A stretch of DNA of 62,000 bases from Octopus vulgaris (GCA_951406725.2 OX597815.1:189740001-189802000), one strand, 5' to 3'. Counted from the first letter of the stretch, positions 26,061-38,675 are shown. The notes: generated from the letters alone by a model not told the origin. Made by a program: numbers and translations.

Positions 26061-27454
26061 TATATATGGTATGAAATCTATAAAGTCAGGTAGAAAACCA
26101 ACCATCCACTGACTTAAGAAACCTTATCTTTATAAAATAACATTGACAACTACATGTGAAAAATTAAGAAGTTCAAACTATGATTCACTTTAAAGAAATA
26201 ATTGAAAATATTAAAAACTAGTTATGGTTAGAAGCTGCTTAATATAAACTTGTCATACAAATACTGTAGATGCAACATTGTGCTTATATTGCAATCATAT
26301 TCTTTGATGTGTATTTACAAAGGCAAAGTGGATGTCTCTGACATATTTAGGGTGCTGAATCTAGGAATTACTCTTAAATGTTTGGTTGCTATCTTTTATG
26401 TGTTGGACGAAGCAGAAACGACTAGGACTTTACTTTCCAACAGCAACAACATATAATCTTTTAAAAGTGTTGATATTTCATTCAAAACAAAAGCTTATTG
26501 AAATAAATGTTTTGTTTGGTAAATTCAAAGCAGACATTTCATCTACGTCATCATTATCATGTCTTTATTGGCAGATTTTTCCGAAACAGTCTGTCATTGT
26601 GTCACAATCTAAACCACGAATTAACTGTAGCAAATAAGAAATTTTGTTTGAAGTTTTTAATGTGACTTCTGTTAAAAGAAGTGGAAATAGAATAGGTAAA
26701 TAGAAGAATATCTAGTTCACAAAAGGTAAAAAAAAAAAATTAATGATTTATAAAGTAATTATTATCTATTTTCCAAGAAGCAAATTCTCTCTGAAATGAT
26801 ATTAAGAAATTATATTTGCTTCAATTATTTGTTACGATATTTTATTATCATGTTTTAGTACTTCATTGTCTAACATGGTTGCTAGCCAATCAAAAACATC
26901 TATTATCCATACACCAATTTTATCTTTATTCACTTCTCATATTTACTCAGTATATAGAAATTCCACTTTGTATTGTAAACTGTGTAATCTTTAAATTGAA
27001 ACCAAAATTTAAGAACTCATTGTCTCATGTCACATATGAACCCATATTTATCAAATTATCTTATATATTTCCATTAGGTGTAAATTGATTTGGCTTCGAG
27101 GCAGCTAACACTGTTTTCACTATAATACGTACCTAATTACTAACGGTATATCAATTGTGTGAGAGAAGAAAACGCAGGGTTTTCAAACAAATTAATGCTA
27201 ATGATAGACTCAGCTGCTGTTTCATAAATAATCAAAAGATATTTATACATATCAAAAGAATCCAATTACATTTTACCTTAACTTTTAATGTGATGTTATT
27301 TCATTGTTGTTTGATTCTTGTAGGAAATATTTACCAATGTTTTCCTTTTCTTTTCATAGAATCCAATATTACTTTGAAATATCAAATGAATAGCTGGAGA
27401 TCAAAGAAAAAGTGGGTAGCATTACATTTTAAGAATTGTTCAGACTCCAATTTT

Positions 27455-28030
27455 CATGATGACGATGGTGATGGTGGGTGGTAGTGGTGGTGGTGGTGGT
27501 GGTGGTGGTGGTTGTGGTGATGACGCCAACATCGATGACAATGATGACAACGACGATGTTAAGGAGAGGGGAGAGAGAGACGAGGGGAGGGTGATGATGA
27601 TGATGAGAACGATGGCAATGGCGATGATAAGAAGGAGGGGAGAGAGACGAGGGGAGGGTGGCGATGGTGGTGGTGATGACGATGAGAATGATGACAACGA
27701 CGATGATAAGGAGGAGGGGAGAGAGACGAGGGGAGGGTGGTGATGGTGGTGGTGGTGGTGGTGACGACGATGATATTGATGACAATGATGACAACGATGA
27801 TTATAAGGAGGCGTGGAGACGAGGTGAGGGTGGTGGTGGTGGTGGTGGTGGTGGAGATGATGATAATGATGGCGACGATGAGCACGATGACCATGATGAT
27901 GGTGATGATGGCGATGACAACAGTGATGACAACAACAACGATAATGATGAATGACAGTGGTAATGGTGAAGGTAGTGAGTGATACATATGATGACAACAA
28001 CAACAACAGCTGCAATGTTGACAATGCTGA
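27455..28030. repeat. GGT/GAT trinucleotide composite with a higher-order ~75-bp unit
   Basis: gaggggagagagacgaggggagggtg recurs at ~27565, 27635 and 27715, and degenerately at 27810. Confidence 0.9.
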
Positions 28031-28110
28031 CGAAGATGACGATTTTTGGAAATAGAAATAATACATTTCTAAATCTCTGATTTAGAGAGATTTATGTATT
28101 TGCAGCACAA

Positions 28111-28700
28111 TAAAGTGATAGCATGCTGTTAACTTAATGTGACAGTCCCATGAAAGGGAAGAATGCTACTGTTATTTAGTCCTAGGAAACACTGTTCCCT
28201 GTTGGACTAGACATATTTCCTGTGTCCTTATGTTTTCAAAGTGGAGACAAGCTCCTCCGCTCAGCAAAACCAGCAACCAGAGACTAGTTTCATATGCATT
28301 GCTCATCATCAGTCTGGAGTAGCATGGCTTGCTAGCTGTCGATGCTTATCTGCCTTTGAAAACATAAGGACAGAGGAAATGTTATTTCTTAACTTCCCAC
28401 AAGGGGCTACACACAGAGGGGACAAACAAGGATAGACAAACAGATTAAGTCAATTACATAGACCCCAGTGCGTAACTGGTACTTAATTTATCGACCCCAA
28501 ATTTGAACTCAGAACGTAGCAGCAGACGAAATACCGCTAAGCATTTCGCCCGGCGCTAGCGTTTCTGCCAGCTCGCCGCCCTAAAACACAGGAAATGTGT
28601 CAAGTCCAACAGGAAATGGTGTTTCCTAGGGCTAAATAACAGTAGTATTCTTCCCTTTCATGGGACTGTCACATTAAGTTGACAACATACTATCACTTTA
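28111..28700. mobile_element. MITE-like element with ~115-bp inverted arms (28111-28225 / 28586-28700) and a nested SINE
   Basis: Arms are reverse complements; they share a gaat..ctgt.atttag.cc.agga.acac core with the 43693 element. Confidence 0.7.
28385..28582 (-). mobile_element. SINE family B with an internal deletion
   Basis: Reverse-complement match lacking the gaaaggatgaaaggc...ggcgg block. Confidence 0.8.
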
Positions 28701-30029
28701 AAGATGATGATGTAGATGATGATGCTGATGCTAACGAGAAGTAGAATATGAAAAATCATGTTGATGATAATACCCATTTATAATTGGGAGGGAAAAAATG
28801 GGTAAATGAACAGTGTCGAAACATCACCAAAACCAAAGTGCTAAGCCTTTACAAGTGGAACTAGAACTTATATAATACCAACAAAATATCTTGATTAAGG
28901 AATTCCAAAAATGAAAGGTAGATATAACCTTAAGCATACATTTATTTCTGAATCAAGAGAAATATTTCTCGCAAGAAACATTACTCAACTTACAATAATC
29001 AATATCAAATATTTTGGTATATTTACATTGATAAAATATGAAGAGGCAATCATTGTATAGTTTCATAAGCTGTTTGCAAACCAACTAAAGAGAATTATTA
29101 CCAGAGACAAGGAAGAGATTAAACAAAGCACTGAAGGAAAACAATCGCAATAACTATCAGAAAATTAAGTAAAAACCAGAGAAATATTAACCAAATATGG
29201 ATAATAATTTCTGCAAATTGATTTTATTGAGCATAATAAGGATTTAGGCAGGAAGGTAGGAGAAAGTAATAAAAGTGAAATATAAGAGTAAAAAAATATA
29301 TAAAACTAAATAGAAAACAAATTAGAGTCCATAAAGAATAAGATAATAAAATAAAATAATCAATATTGAAAATAAATTAGGGGATGTTAATTAATTAAAT
29401 TTGTAATGGAGAGCATAATATAAAACCTTTCTGATCAAATTCAGATTTTTATCAAATTTGTTTGTCAGTTAATCACTTAGGAACATATTTTGCTTTTTTT
29501 TATTATTAAAATCAGTCATCAATAACTCCTGTCATTATTTGTATAGAAATAATTTTTGTTTATTCTTCTCTTCACCATATTTGCAAATCTATGTGTCAAT
29601 AAAAGATATTTCTGAAACACACTACTGTCTTTTCCTTTCTCTGTTGTTATATTTGTTTCATATTTCCAGTTTTTCTCTATATGAAGGCACAGAAGAGAAA
29701 GGTTTAAAAATAATATATCTTACCATAAGTGACAGTTATAAAATAATAACTTAGTTTCTTTCAAAAGCCAGGTTCTACTTCTTAGATTGCGGTTTCAGAA
29801 CAATATTGCAATCTATAAATAGTCATCTGTACAAAAACAATATTTTCTCCATGCAGATGTCACCCTCAGTAGGTTTTCTAATTGCACACCATACAAGCTA
29901 TATCAGTAAAGATATAGCTGTGAGGTTAAGGAGTCTGCATAGCAACCATGAGGTTTTAGGCTTGATTCCACTGCTTACCACCTTTCACGGTTCAGTTTGG
30001 TACACAGAAACTGTACAAAGCCTGGTACA

Positions 30030-30375
30030 CAGACCACGTAAAAAGCACCATCCGTTCATGGCCGTTGCCAGCGCTGCCCCAACTGACCTCATGCTGGTGG
30101 CACATAAAAAGTACCATCCGTTCGTGGCTGTTGCCAGCCTCGCCTGGCCCCCGTGCCAGTGGCACATAAAAAGCACCATCCGATCGTGGCCGTTTGCCAG
30201 ACTCGTCTGGCACGTAAAAAGCACCCACTACACTCATGGAGTTGTTGGCATTAGGAAGGGCATCCAGCCGTAGAAACATTGCCAGGTCAAACTGGGCCTG
30301 GTGCAGCCTTCTGGCTTCCCAGACCCCAGTTGAACCGTCCAACCCATGCTAGCATGATAATGGTGATGATGATGA
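30030..30375 (+). mobile_element. Family D retroelement
   Basis: Three to four aaaaagcaccatccg modules followed by the body. Confidence 0.8.
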
Positions 30376-30811
30376 TATATATATAAACCCAAGCTTAACA
30401 AACAATGATTAAGTTAATCTTATTTGGGGTTTAAAAATCTTATCCCTATAACTAAAACACAAAAAATATCTAAAAAGTACTGCTGGCATCATTTCTTAAA
30501 ATAAACATTGAAAAATGGTTTGGCATCATCTCTAAAAATAGCCAAGCCCCTACTACTGCTGTCCACAGGAACATATATAAAGAACAAAAGACAGCCAGTC
30601 AAGCACAGTTGAAACATTCCTGTCACAACCTGGGACCTTGAAGACTGCATGCAAGAAAGTATACTAGTCCCTTAATATTTGATGTTCAATATTTCATCTA
30701 TTCAATAAGACAATCAATACTTCATTTCATTTTACTATATATTCTATATTCTACTTTAATATTATAAAGAATACAAATAAAACATAAAAAGCAGACAGAG
30801 TTGGAATTCCT

Positions 30812-30846
<35 letters not shown>

Positions 30847-30939
30847 ATCCAAACAAGAAAGCACAAAAAAAACACAACAACGTGGGAACATGGAACAAAT
30901 ATAGTATTATTGGACGCTCAGGAAAGAAGGAAAGAAGGA

Positions 30940-30980
30940 GGGTTTAACGTTTCGAGCGGAGCTCTTCGTCGGAAACATAT
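30940..30980 (-). ncRNA. Hammerhead-like motif, CCGACGA core variant, in a Penelope-like pLTR fragment (30840-30980)
   Basis: guuu-CCGACGA-a-GAGC ucc GCUC-GAAACGUU-aaac. A related copy lies on + at ~34647-34680. Confidence 0.4.
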
Positions 30981-31139
30981 ATATATATATATACATTTAA
31001 TGCATGTAATAAAGTGATCCATATGTTGAGAACCTCAAACATATTCTTCAGACGCAAACCACATGTATTATGACCTTTAAATAAATAATATTTATCTGTC
31101 ACCTGATGGAGAACCTTTTTGTTGAATTTTCTATCAAGG

Positions 31140-31293
31140 TGTGGTAAGTAGCTTGCTTACCAGCCACATGGTTCTGGGTTCAGTCCCACTGCATGGCACC
31201 TTGGGTAAGTGTCTTCTACTATAACCTCAGGCTGACCAAAGTCTTGTGAGTGGATTTGGTTGACAGAAACTGAAAGGAGCCTGTTGTATATAT

Positions 31294-31371
<78 letters not shown>

Positions 31372-31815
31372 CAAAGCAAAGTTGTGTGTTATAAACAAAT
31401 TATATTACCTGATCTGAATGTTTTTATGTAAACTATTTTCTGACTCATCAGAGAGGATACACAAAGCCTTACAATTTACTTTTGAAAATCTTTTTAAATA
31501 AGTGAAACCGGTTAAGTTAATAAATACTTTTAAAAGACTCCTGCATTTTCAGATATTTTTAACTTACACACACGCACAGACACACTCACATGTATATATA
31601 CGTATGTATGTATTTATGTGTCTGTACTTGTCCTCCCACCATCGCTTGATAATCGATGTTGGTGTGTTTACATCCCCATAACTTAGCAGTTCAGGAAAAG
31701 AGTCTGATTGAATAAATACTAGGCTTACAAAGAATAAGCCCTGGGGGTCAATTTATTCGACAAATGTGGTGCTTTAGCATGGCCACAGTCAAATGACTGA
31801 AGCAAGTAAAAGAAT
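31140..31815 (+). mobile_element. SINE family A with ~200 bp of foreign sequence in its microsatellite spacer
   Basis: Head 31140-31290, tail 31600-31815. Confidence 0.75.
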
Positions 31816-31837
31816 AAGGATATATATACATATATAC

Positions 31838-31875
<38 letters not shown>

Positions 31876-32559
31876 ATATATTCATATATATATGTCTGTA
31901 TGTATGTATGTATGTATATACACACACACACACGCATAAACACATACACAAACACACATACGCATACACATATATAAATAGAGAGAGAGAGAGTGTTTGT
32001 GTGTGAGAGAGAAAAAATAATAAACATCAAGAGCACAATAATAATGTTTTTTTGGGGGACATTGGATCTTGAAGCAGATAAGCTATAAATGATAACATAA
32101 AAATATTAAGTTAAAAAATCCTTTCAGAGAAGTAAAAGTATGATGATGATGATGATGACGACGATGACGATGATGATGATGATGATGATGATTTTGATGC
32201 AAGAAAGAGAAGGAGAGGGAGGAAGTGTAAGAGGAAAAGGGGAGGGGAGGAGGAAGGGTGAAGAAGAAGAAGAAGAAGAAACAATAATGCCTTAAAGTTA
32301 GCATGTGATTTGTTCATAAAATATGCAAACTCAAAAATTTAATTAAGTTATCAGGAAATCTACAATACATAATTCTAAATCATCATAAAAATTTTGGAAG
32401 CTGTTACGTTTTGACAGCTAAAAATTAAAACCCATCATTAGTTTTGTATTGAAAATTTTGGGAAAGATAATTGTTTCCTATCAGCTCTACCATACTTTCA
32501 TACAATTTTTTTTTTGTGCATTGTGAATCTGGATATTTGCCTAGGAAATATCTTGGTAC

Positions 32560-32692
32560 CTTGGTTTATAATTTTCAAGTGGAAGTATTTGCTGATTTTC
32601 ATCAAAGCAGACAGAATCAGGTAGCATGGTGTTCCTTGCCTGTAGGAAGAAAATTGTCATGTTACTGGACAATAATTTGCCATTGTCTGTAA
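32560..32692 (-). CDS. Candidate internal exon (133 nt, phase 1 to 2), TDNGKLLSSNMTIFFLQARNTMLPDSVCFDENQQILPLENYKP; product unknown
   Basis: Strong acceptor tttatctccatttgttttcag, donor AAG|gtacca, 43 open codons. A second strong acceptor (ttttcttcctacag) gives an exon starting at 32639. Confidence 0.5.
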
Positions 32693-32764
32693 CTGAAAAC
32701 AAATGGAGATAAATGCACAGTTTTGTTGTTAATAAATTCCATTATAATTGAATAGGCATAAGAG

Positions 32765-33365
32765 GGGCTGTGTGGTAAGTAGCTTGCTTACGAACTACAT
32801 GGTTCCGGGTTCAGTCCCACTGTGTGGCACCTTGGGCAAGTGTCTTCTACTATAGCCTCGGGCCGACCAAAGTCTTGTGTGGATTTGGGAGATGGAAACT
32901 GAAAGAAGCCCATCGTATATATGTTATATATGTATATATATATGTATATATATATATATATATATATACATATATATATGTATATATAGGGAGAGTTTAT
33001 GAAATAAACAATAGACGAAGACAGGCGGTGTACAAAACAAACAGGAATAGAAAAAGTCTTTTACGTTTCGAGCCAATGCTCTTCTACAGAAAGGGAGACA
33101 GAAAAAAGAAGGAGAAAAAAAAATGTGTGTAGTGGCTAATGATCTATCATGGTGTGTATATGTTTATGTGTCTGTGTTTGTCCCCCCAACAACACTTAAC
33201 AACCAATGCTGAAGTGTTTACATCCCTGTAACTTGGTGGTTTGGCAAAAGAGACTGATAGAATAAGTACTAGACTTACAAAGAATAAGTCCTGGGGTCGA
33301 TATGCTCGACTAAAGGTGGTGCTCCAGCATGGCCACAGTCAAATGACTGAAACAAGTAAGAGAGA
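32765..33365 (+). mobile_element. SINE family A with a hammerhead-bearing insert in its spacer
   Basis: Head 32765-32915, insert ~32990-33150, tail 33155-33365. Confidence 0.8.
33058..33093 (-). ncRNA. Hammerhead-like motif, CUGUAGA core variant
   Basis: cuuu-CUGUAGA-a-GAGC auug GCUC-GAAAC-GUA-aaag. A decayed copy (CUGUUGA) lies at 43471-43506. Confidence 0.4.
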
Positions 33366-34321
33366 CCCCCGAAAAGATGGAAAGCAAAGTCGACCTCAGT
33401 GGAATTTGAACTCAGAACGTAATGGTAGACGAAAAACTGCTAAGCATTTCACCTGGCATGCTAATTATTCTGTCAGTTTGCCACCTTCAGTTGGAGTAAT
33501 AAAATTTAGTAGTAATAATAATGATGATAATAATAATAATAATAAATTATTACTCTGGCAATAATGTAAATGTCCGTAAATAATGAAAAAATAATGAAAA
33601 TGACTAAATATTCAAAGAAGTGGTCATTAAATCTTTAAGTAACATTCTATCCTGATTAAAAGGAGATTTTAGTCTGACCCAATTTCTTAAGGAGATATAT
33701 CTTAGAACATTCTCTAGAAATGGTAGGCTTCCATATAAGTGAAATTTTTTATACCACTAAACAGAGGTCTGTTGATATGACTGTCATATTGGCAAAAAGA
33801 GCAATAGAAGTGATTTATGATTCTTCCTCGTCATCAATATTTTTGCTGTTGTTTAACCCCAGGTCAGACCTGAAGGAGCAGAACGTTCTTGAAAATCATT
33901 CAAGTCATGAGTTATTTTGTTTGTCTCTTTTGTTTTGTTATATTGATCTTTTATTTGTTGTAGTCATTAGACTGTGACCATGCTGGTGCACTGCCTTGAA
34001 GAAATTTTAATCAAATGAATCAACTACTCAACTAAAGTACTCTTTTTTTTCTTTTTTTTTCTAACATAGTATTTATTCTTATACCAATTATACGTACATA
34101 TATATGTACGTACATGTCCGTGTATGTAAGTATTCCTATGTTGTATATATATATATATATATATATAAAATAAATATAAGAGAGTGGTCACTATATGGCT
34201 CACTCTAGCACCAGTTAATCCAAAAGGTTTCAACCACAAAAATACATGTTTCCCATGAAAGTCAGTACGATTGTTAGCTCACACGGACAGGGCAAATAAA
34301 AAATAACAAAAATACAGATTA

Positions 34322-34403
34322 TTTTGGGACAATTGTTTCGCTATTAATGAATTAAATGTAATTTTACTTACAAAAAAATCCACTTGTAGCTCGTCAGCCA
34401 AAA
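34322..34403 (-). ncRNA. Type I hammerhead ribozyme (Penelope-like-element type)
   Basis: UUUUGG-CUGACGA-GCUA...UAGC-GAAAC-AAUU-GUC-CCAAAA: intact core, 6-bp stem I, 4-bp stem II with long loop, palindromic short stem III, GUC cleavage triplet. Confidence 0.75.
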
Positions 34404-34760
34404 CTATCAGGATGAAATCCACTCAATCACACGCCAGATTTTACCATAACGATAAATACGCGTGTGGTTCAATTGATTACATCCGACGTTATAATTCAAA
34501 TGCCCCAACCAACAGCATTTATAATTATAATAATATATATATATATATATATATATACCACTTCCATCTTTTAGTATCTGACCTCGTCTGTATCACTAGC
34601 GATTTTTTTTCCTCCGTCTTCCCTTCTCGGGATCTTTCCTTCTCCTATGTTTCCGACGAAGAGCTCCACTCGAAATGTCCCTTCTTTCCTGAGCGTCCAA
34701 TAATACTTTATTTCTTCCACATCCTTGCGTTGTTGTCTTTTTGTTTTCTTGTTTGGATTA

Positions 34761-34803
<43 letters not shown>

Positions 34804-35570
34804 TTATATAAATAAGGATAAGATCATTATTTAAAATACCAATTATACATACATATATATGTATGTACATGTCCGTGTATGTAAGTATTCCTATGTTGTG
34901 TATACATATATATATATATTTGTACTATTCATGTGTATCCCACTGATGAGGCAGAGTATATTTTTATACAGAATCAGAAATCTGGATCAGGAATTATCCA
35001 ATAATTTTTTGTTAGTTTATTTATCTATTTCTCTTTTCACCTTGTGTTGTATGAACATGAAGTGGTTTTAGACTCAAGTTTTGACTGCTATCTCTAGCAT
35101 GGGGATATCTCTTAGATACCCTTAATTATAATGTACATATATATATATGTTTATGGCAGGCTTCTTTCAGTTTCTGTTTGCTAAATCCACTCATAAGGTT
35201 TTGGTCAGAAGACACTTACCTAAGATGTCCTGCAGTGGGACTGAACCCAGAGCCATGTGGTTAGAAAGCAAGCTTCTTATCACACAGCCATGCCTGCACC
35301 TATATATATATATTCATATACACATATAGACCCACATGCAAAGAGTATTATATTAACAGTGAGAAAGACAGATATCTCATTCTAAATCAAGAACAAAATG
35401 CTAAAAGTTATTTGCTGCTGTTATTAACCATAATCAGCTTTAGGGTTTTAGTGAGAAATGATACCTGGCCACATGGAGATTAACTCTAGAGTACATCAGA
35501 TATTGATATTTTTTTCTGAGTAGAAGACCACCATTTTGTGAAGTGATTTTTCCATTGAAAAATGAATATA

Positions 35571-35985
35571 GGTGCAGGAGTGGCTGTGTGGTAAGTAGCT
35601 TGCTTACCAATCACATGGTTCCGGGTTCAGTCCCACTGCGTGGCACCTTGGGCAAGTGTCTTCTACTATAGCCTCGGGCTGACCAAAGTGGATTTGGTGG
35701 ACGGAAACTGAAAGAAGCCCGTTGTATATATGTATATGTTCATGTATATATGTTTGTGTATCTGTGTTTGCCCCCCCCCCCCCCCCTCCAACATCGCTTG
35801 ACAACCGATGCTGGTGTGTTTACGTCCCCGTAATTTAGCGGTTCGTCAGAAGAGACCGATAGAATAAGTACTAGGCTTACAAAGAATAAGTCCTGGGGTC
35901 GATTTGCTCGACTAAAAGCGGGGCTCCAGCATGGCCACAGTCAAGCGACCGAGACAAGTAAAAGAGTAAAAGAGTAAAAGAGTAT
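35571..35985 (+). mobile_element. SINE family A, full length, CpG-rich (young)
   Basis: Intact head and (AAAGAGT)n tail. Confidence 0.9.
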
Positions 35986-36504
35986 AGAGAAATTGTACCT
36001 GACAAAAATATTGGCTTCAAATTTTGGTAGATGGTGAGAAATTTTGTGGGTGGAGTAAGTTGATTGCACCAGCTCTGGTACTTACTTTATTGACCCCTCT
36101 ATGGATGAAAGCTAAAGTCGACCATGGCAGAATTTGAGCTCAGAATGTAAAGATAGAGTAAACACTTCTTAGCATTTTGCTTGGTGTGTAATGGGTTCTG
36201 CCAGCTTGCTGCTTTATAACAGACAAAATATTAAGATCAGTATAATGAACTGAAATAATTAACTAAAACCCTTAAAGACAGTTCCTCATCAAGGCTTCAG
36301 TAAAAATAAAATAAATAATGAAATTTATAAGTGAAACAAAACTACAAAAGAATATATTTAAATCCATTATTTTTACAGCAAATTAGCTGTCATTTTCAAA
36401 ATCTGTCATAAGACGTATTAAACTTCAAATTTTCATTACATTTGAAAACAAGTAATTACAGAAGTCCTTACAATGCTTTTTATTTTGTTGTCGTAAAAAT
36501 ACCT

Positions 36505-36735
36505 ATTTCTTTATTACCCACAAGGGGCTAAACATAGAGGGGACAAACAAGGACAGACATAGGTATTAAGTCGATTACATCGACCCCAGTGCGTAACTGG
36601 TACTTAATTTATCAACCTCGATAGGATGAAAGGCAAAGTCGACCTCGGCGGAATTTAAACTCACAACGTAACGGCAGACGAAATACCACTAAGCCTCTCG
36701 CCCGGTGTGCTAACGTTTCTGCCAGCTCGCCGCCT
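36505..36735 (-). mobile_element. SINE family B, young, with an 11-bp TSD
   Basis: TAAAAATACCT at 36494-36504 and 36736-36746. Confidence 0.9.
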
Positions 36736-36744
36736 TAAAAATAC

Positions 36745-36911
36745 CTGTGACCTTTGCATTATGTTTGTGACTGGGGAAGAAGGAAGGTCTCTTGAAACTG
36801 GGGACCTGGTGTGAATGCTTGCAACAGAGAGGACTTTGCTAAAGGATTAGGGCTAGGGTTAGGGTTGTGATCAAGGTGGTGATGAGAAACCAGGCAGCGG
36901 ATTCCAGTTGA
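36745..36911 (-). CDS. Candidate exon (167 nt, phase 2 to 1) with in-frame TAG: QLESAAWFLITTLITTLTLALIL*QSPLCCKHSHQVPSFKRPSFFPSHKHNAKVT
   Basis: Donor CAG|gtattt, weaker acceptor atcatttaag. An alternative internal acceptor cctttag removes the TAG (36839-36841). More GC-rich than its flanks. Confidence 0.3.
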
Positions 36912-37247
36912 CTTAAATGATTAACTTAAATATTTTGATGTAATATATGATAAGTGCAGGTGGCTGTATGGTAAGAAGTTTGCTTCTGAATTACATGGTT
37001 CAAGGTTCAGTCCCATGTGCAGCACCTTGGACAAGTGTTTTCTACTATAGCCTCAGGTCAACCAAAGCTGTGTGATTGAATTTGGGAAATGCATACTGAA
37101 AGAAGCCAAGTGTGTACACAAACATGACAGAAGTAAATAGACACCCCATAAAACATTGCTTTATGCTTATTTTAGCTTGGAACGGTTTATATTTTTTATT
37201 AATGGACATTTTTTTATGTTTCAGGCTCTATATATGACTGTTTAATC

Positions 37248-37335
37248 ATGCCACATACGAAAGAAGCCTTGGAACTGTCCGAATTTCAAAGAGGTCATAT
37301 TGCATGTCAATCTGAAGGTGGACTTAGTGTAAAAT
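37248..37335 (+). mobile_element. Tc1-like transposase N-terminal fragment
   Basis: MPHTKEALELSEFQRGHIACQSEGGLS matches the Tc1 paired-like HTH start (ELSEF.RG.I). Confidence 0.65.
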
Positions 37336-37799
37336 CATGGAAGACCTCAACCACATGGTTTCAGGTTCTGTCCCACTTCATGACATCTTGGGCAGAAGTC
37401 TTCTACAATAGCCCCAGGACACTTAAAGCCATATAGTGGATTCAGAAGTAGAAGTATGGGGTGGGGTGTCATGTGGTGTATCAGTGCCCTGCTGTATCCC
37501 CTATTTGTTGGTGATTCCCTACTACTCCTTGTGGATGACCCCTTTGCACCACTTAGGCGACAACCCTCCAGCCTATGGGTCTGTTTGGGAAGTCATTACT
37601 GATGAGGGCTTTACAAGGTCAGGGTGCACATCCTGCCACAACCTCTCCTAGCTGTCCTTTACAACTCACAGGGGTAACTTTGGGTTTATTCTTTGATATG
37701 CAGGTTCTTACCCGGCATTTTGGTAGATGGAAAATAAAATAGAAGACTGTCGTATCTTTTGGCTTTTATTTCTTTTACTCATTGGTTTTGGCCAGTGCC

Positions 37800-37831
<32 letters not shown>

Positions 37832-37922
37832 GAGAGAGGGAAAGAAAGAGAGAGAGAGAAAGAAAGAGAGAGAGAAAGAGAGGGAGAGAGAAAGAGAGAG
37901 AGGGAGAGAGAGAAAGAAAGAG

Positions 37923-37967
<45 letters not shown>

Positions 37968-38170
37968 CGAAAGAGAGAGAGACGAAAGAGAGAGAGACGA
38001 AAGAGAGAGAGACGAAAGAGAGAGAGAAAGAGAGAGACAAAAGAGAGAGAGATGGACGAAAGAGAGATAGAGAGGAAAGAGAGAGAGAGAAAGAGAGAGA
38101 GGGGGAAAGAGATAGAGAGAGAGAGGGTGAAAGAGAGAGAGAGAGAGAGTGTGTGTATGTGTGTGTGTTT
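37800..38170. repeat. (GA)n purine tract with gagagagagacgaaa subrepeats
   Basis: Visible directly. Confidence 0.95.
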
Positions 38171-38629
38171 GAGTCTCCCTGACTTGACATCGTGTGATAG
38201 ATGTAATTGAGTGTCACCTTCATAAAAGTGGTGTCATTCGTTTTCAATCCTCCACAGAAAAGTGTTTGGCCGAGAGAGAACATTACTTAGCTCAGAAACG
38301 GGTAAGACTTGGCAACAGGAAGAAGGTTATCTAGCTGTAGAAAATCTTGCCTCAATGAACTCTCTTTAACCTCCGGTAAGCATGGAAAAGTGAAGGTTAA
38401 TAAAGTGAGTAAGAACGTAGATGTAGAACAAATCTGAGGTGGAGGAAAATGTGCTTCCTTTCGTGATTGAATAGACATTTGTGAAAATATCGAATGAAGT
38501 GTTAATCCTTTACACCTAAATTATCAATGTGCAAAAAACATAAAGAATTATTATTATTTATGGTCATTTCTGCTTACTTGAGGGTAAGGCGTTTTGTTTG
38601 ATGGATAGTATAAAATTTTCTGTTTTTAC

Positions 38630-38639
38630 TGGTGCATAC

Positions 38640-38675
<36 letters not shown>

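Noticed and set aside
35465-35516. Possible - strand exon KKYQYLMYSRVNLHVA (phase 2 to 2)
   Set aside because: Phase is incompatible with neighbouring candidate exons in either model, and the splice sites are modest.
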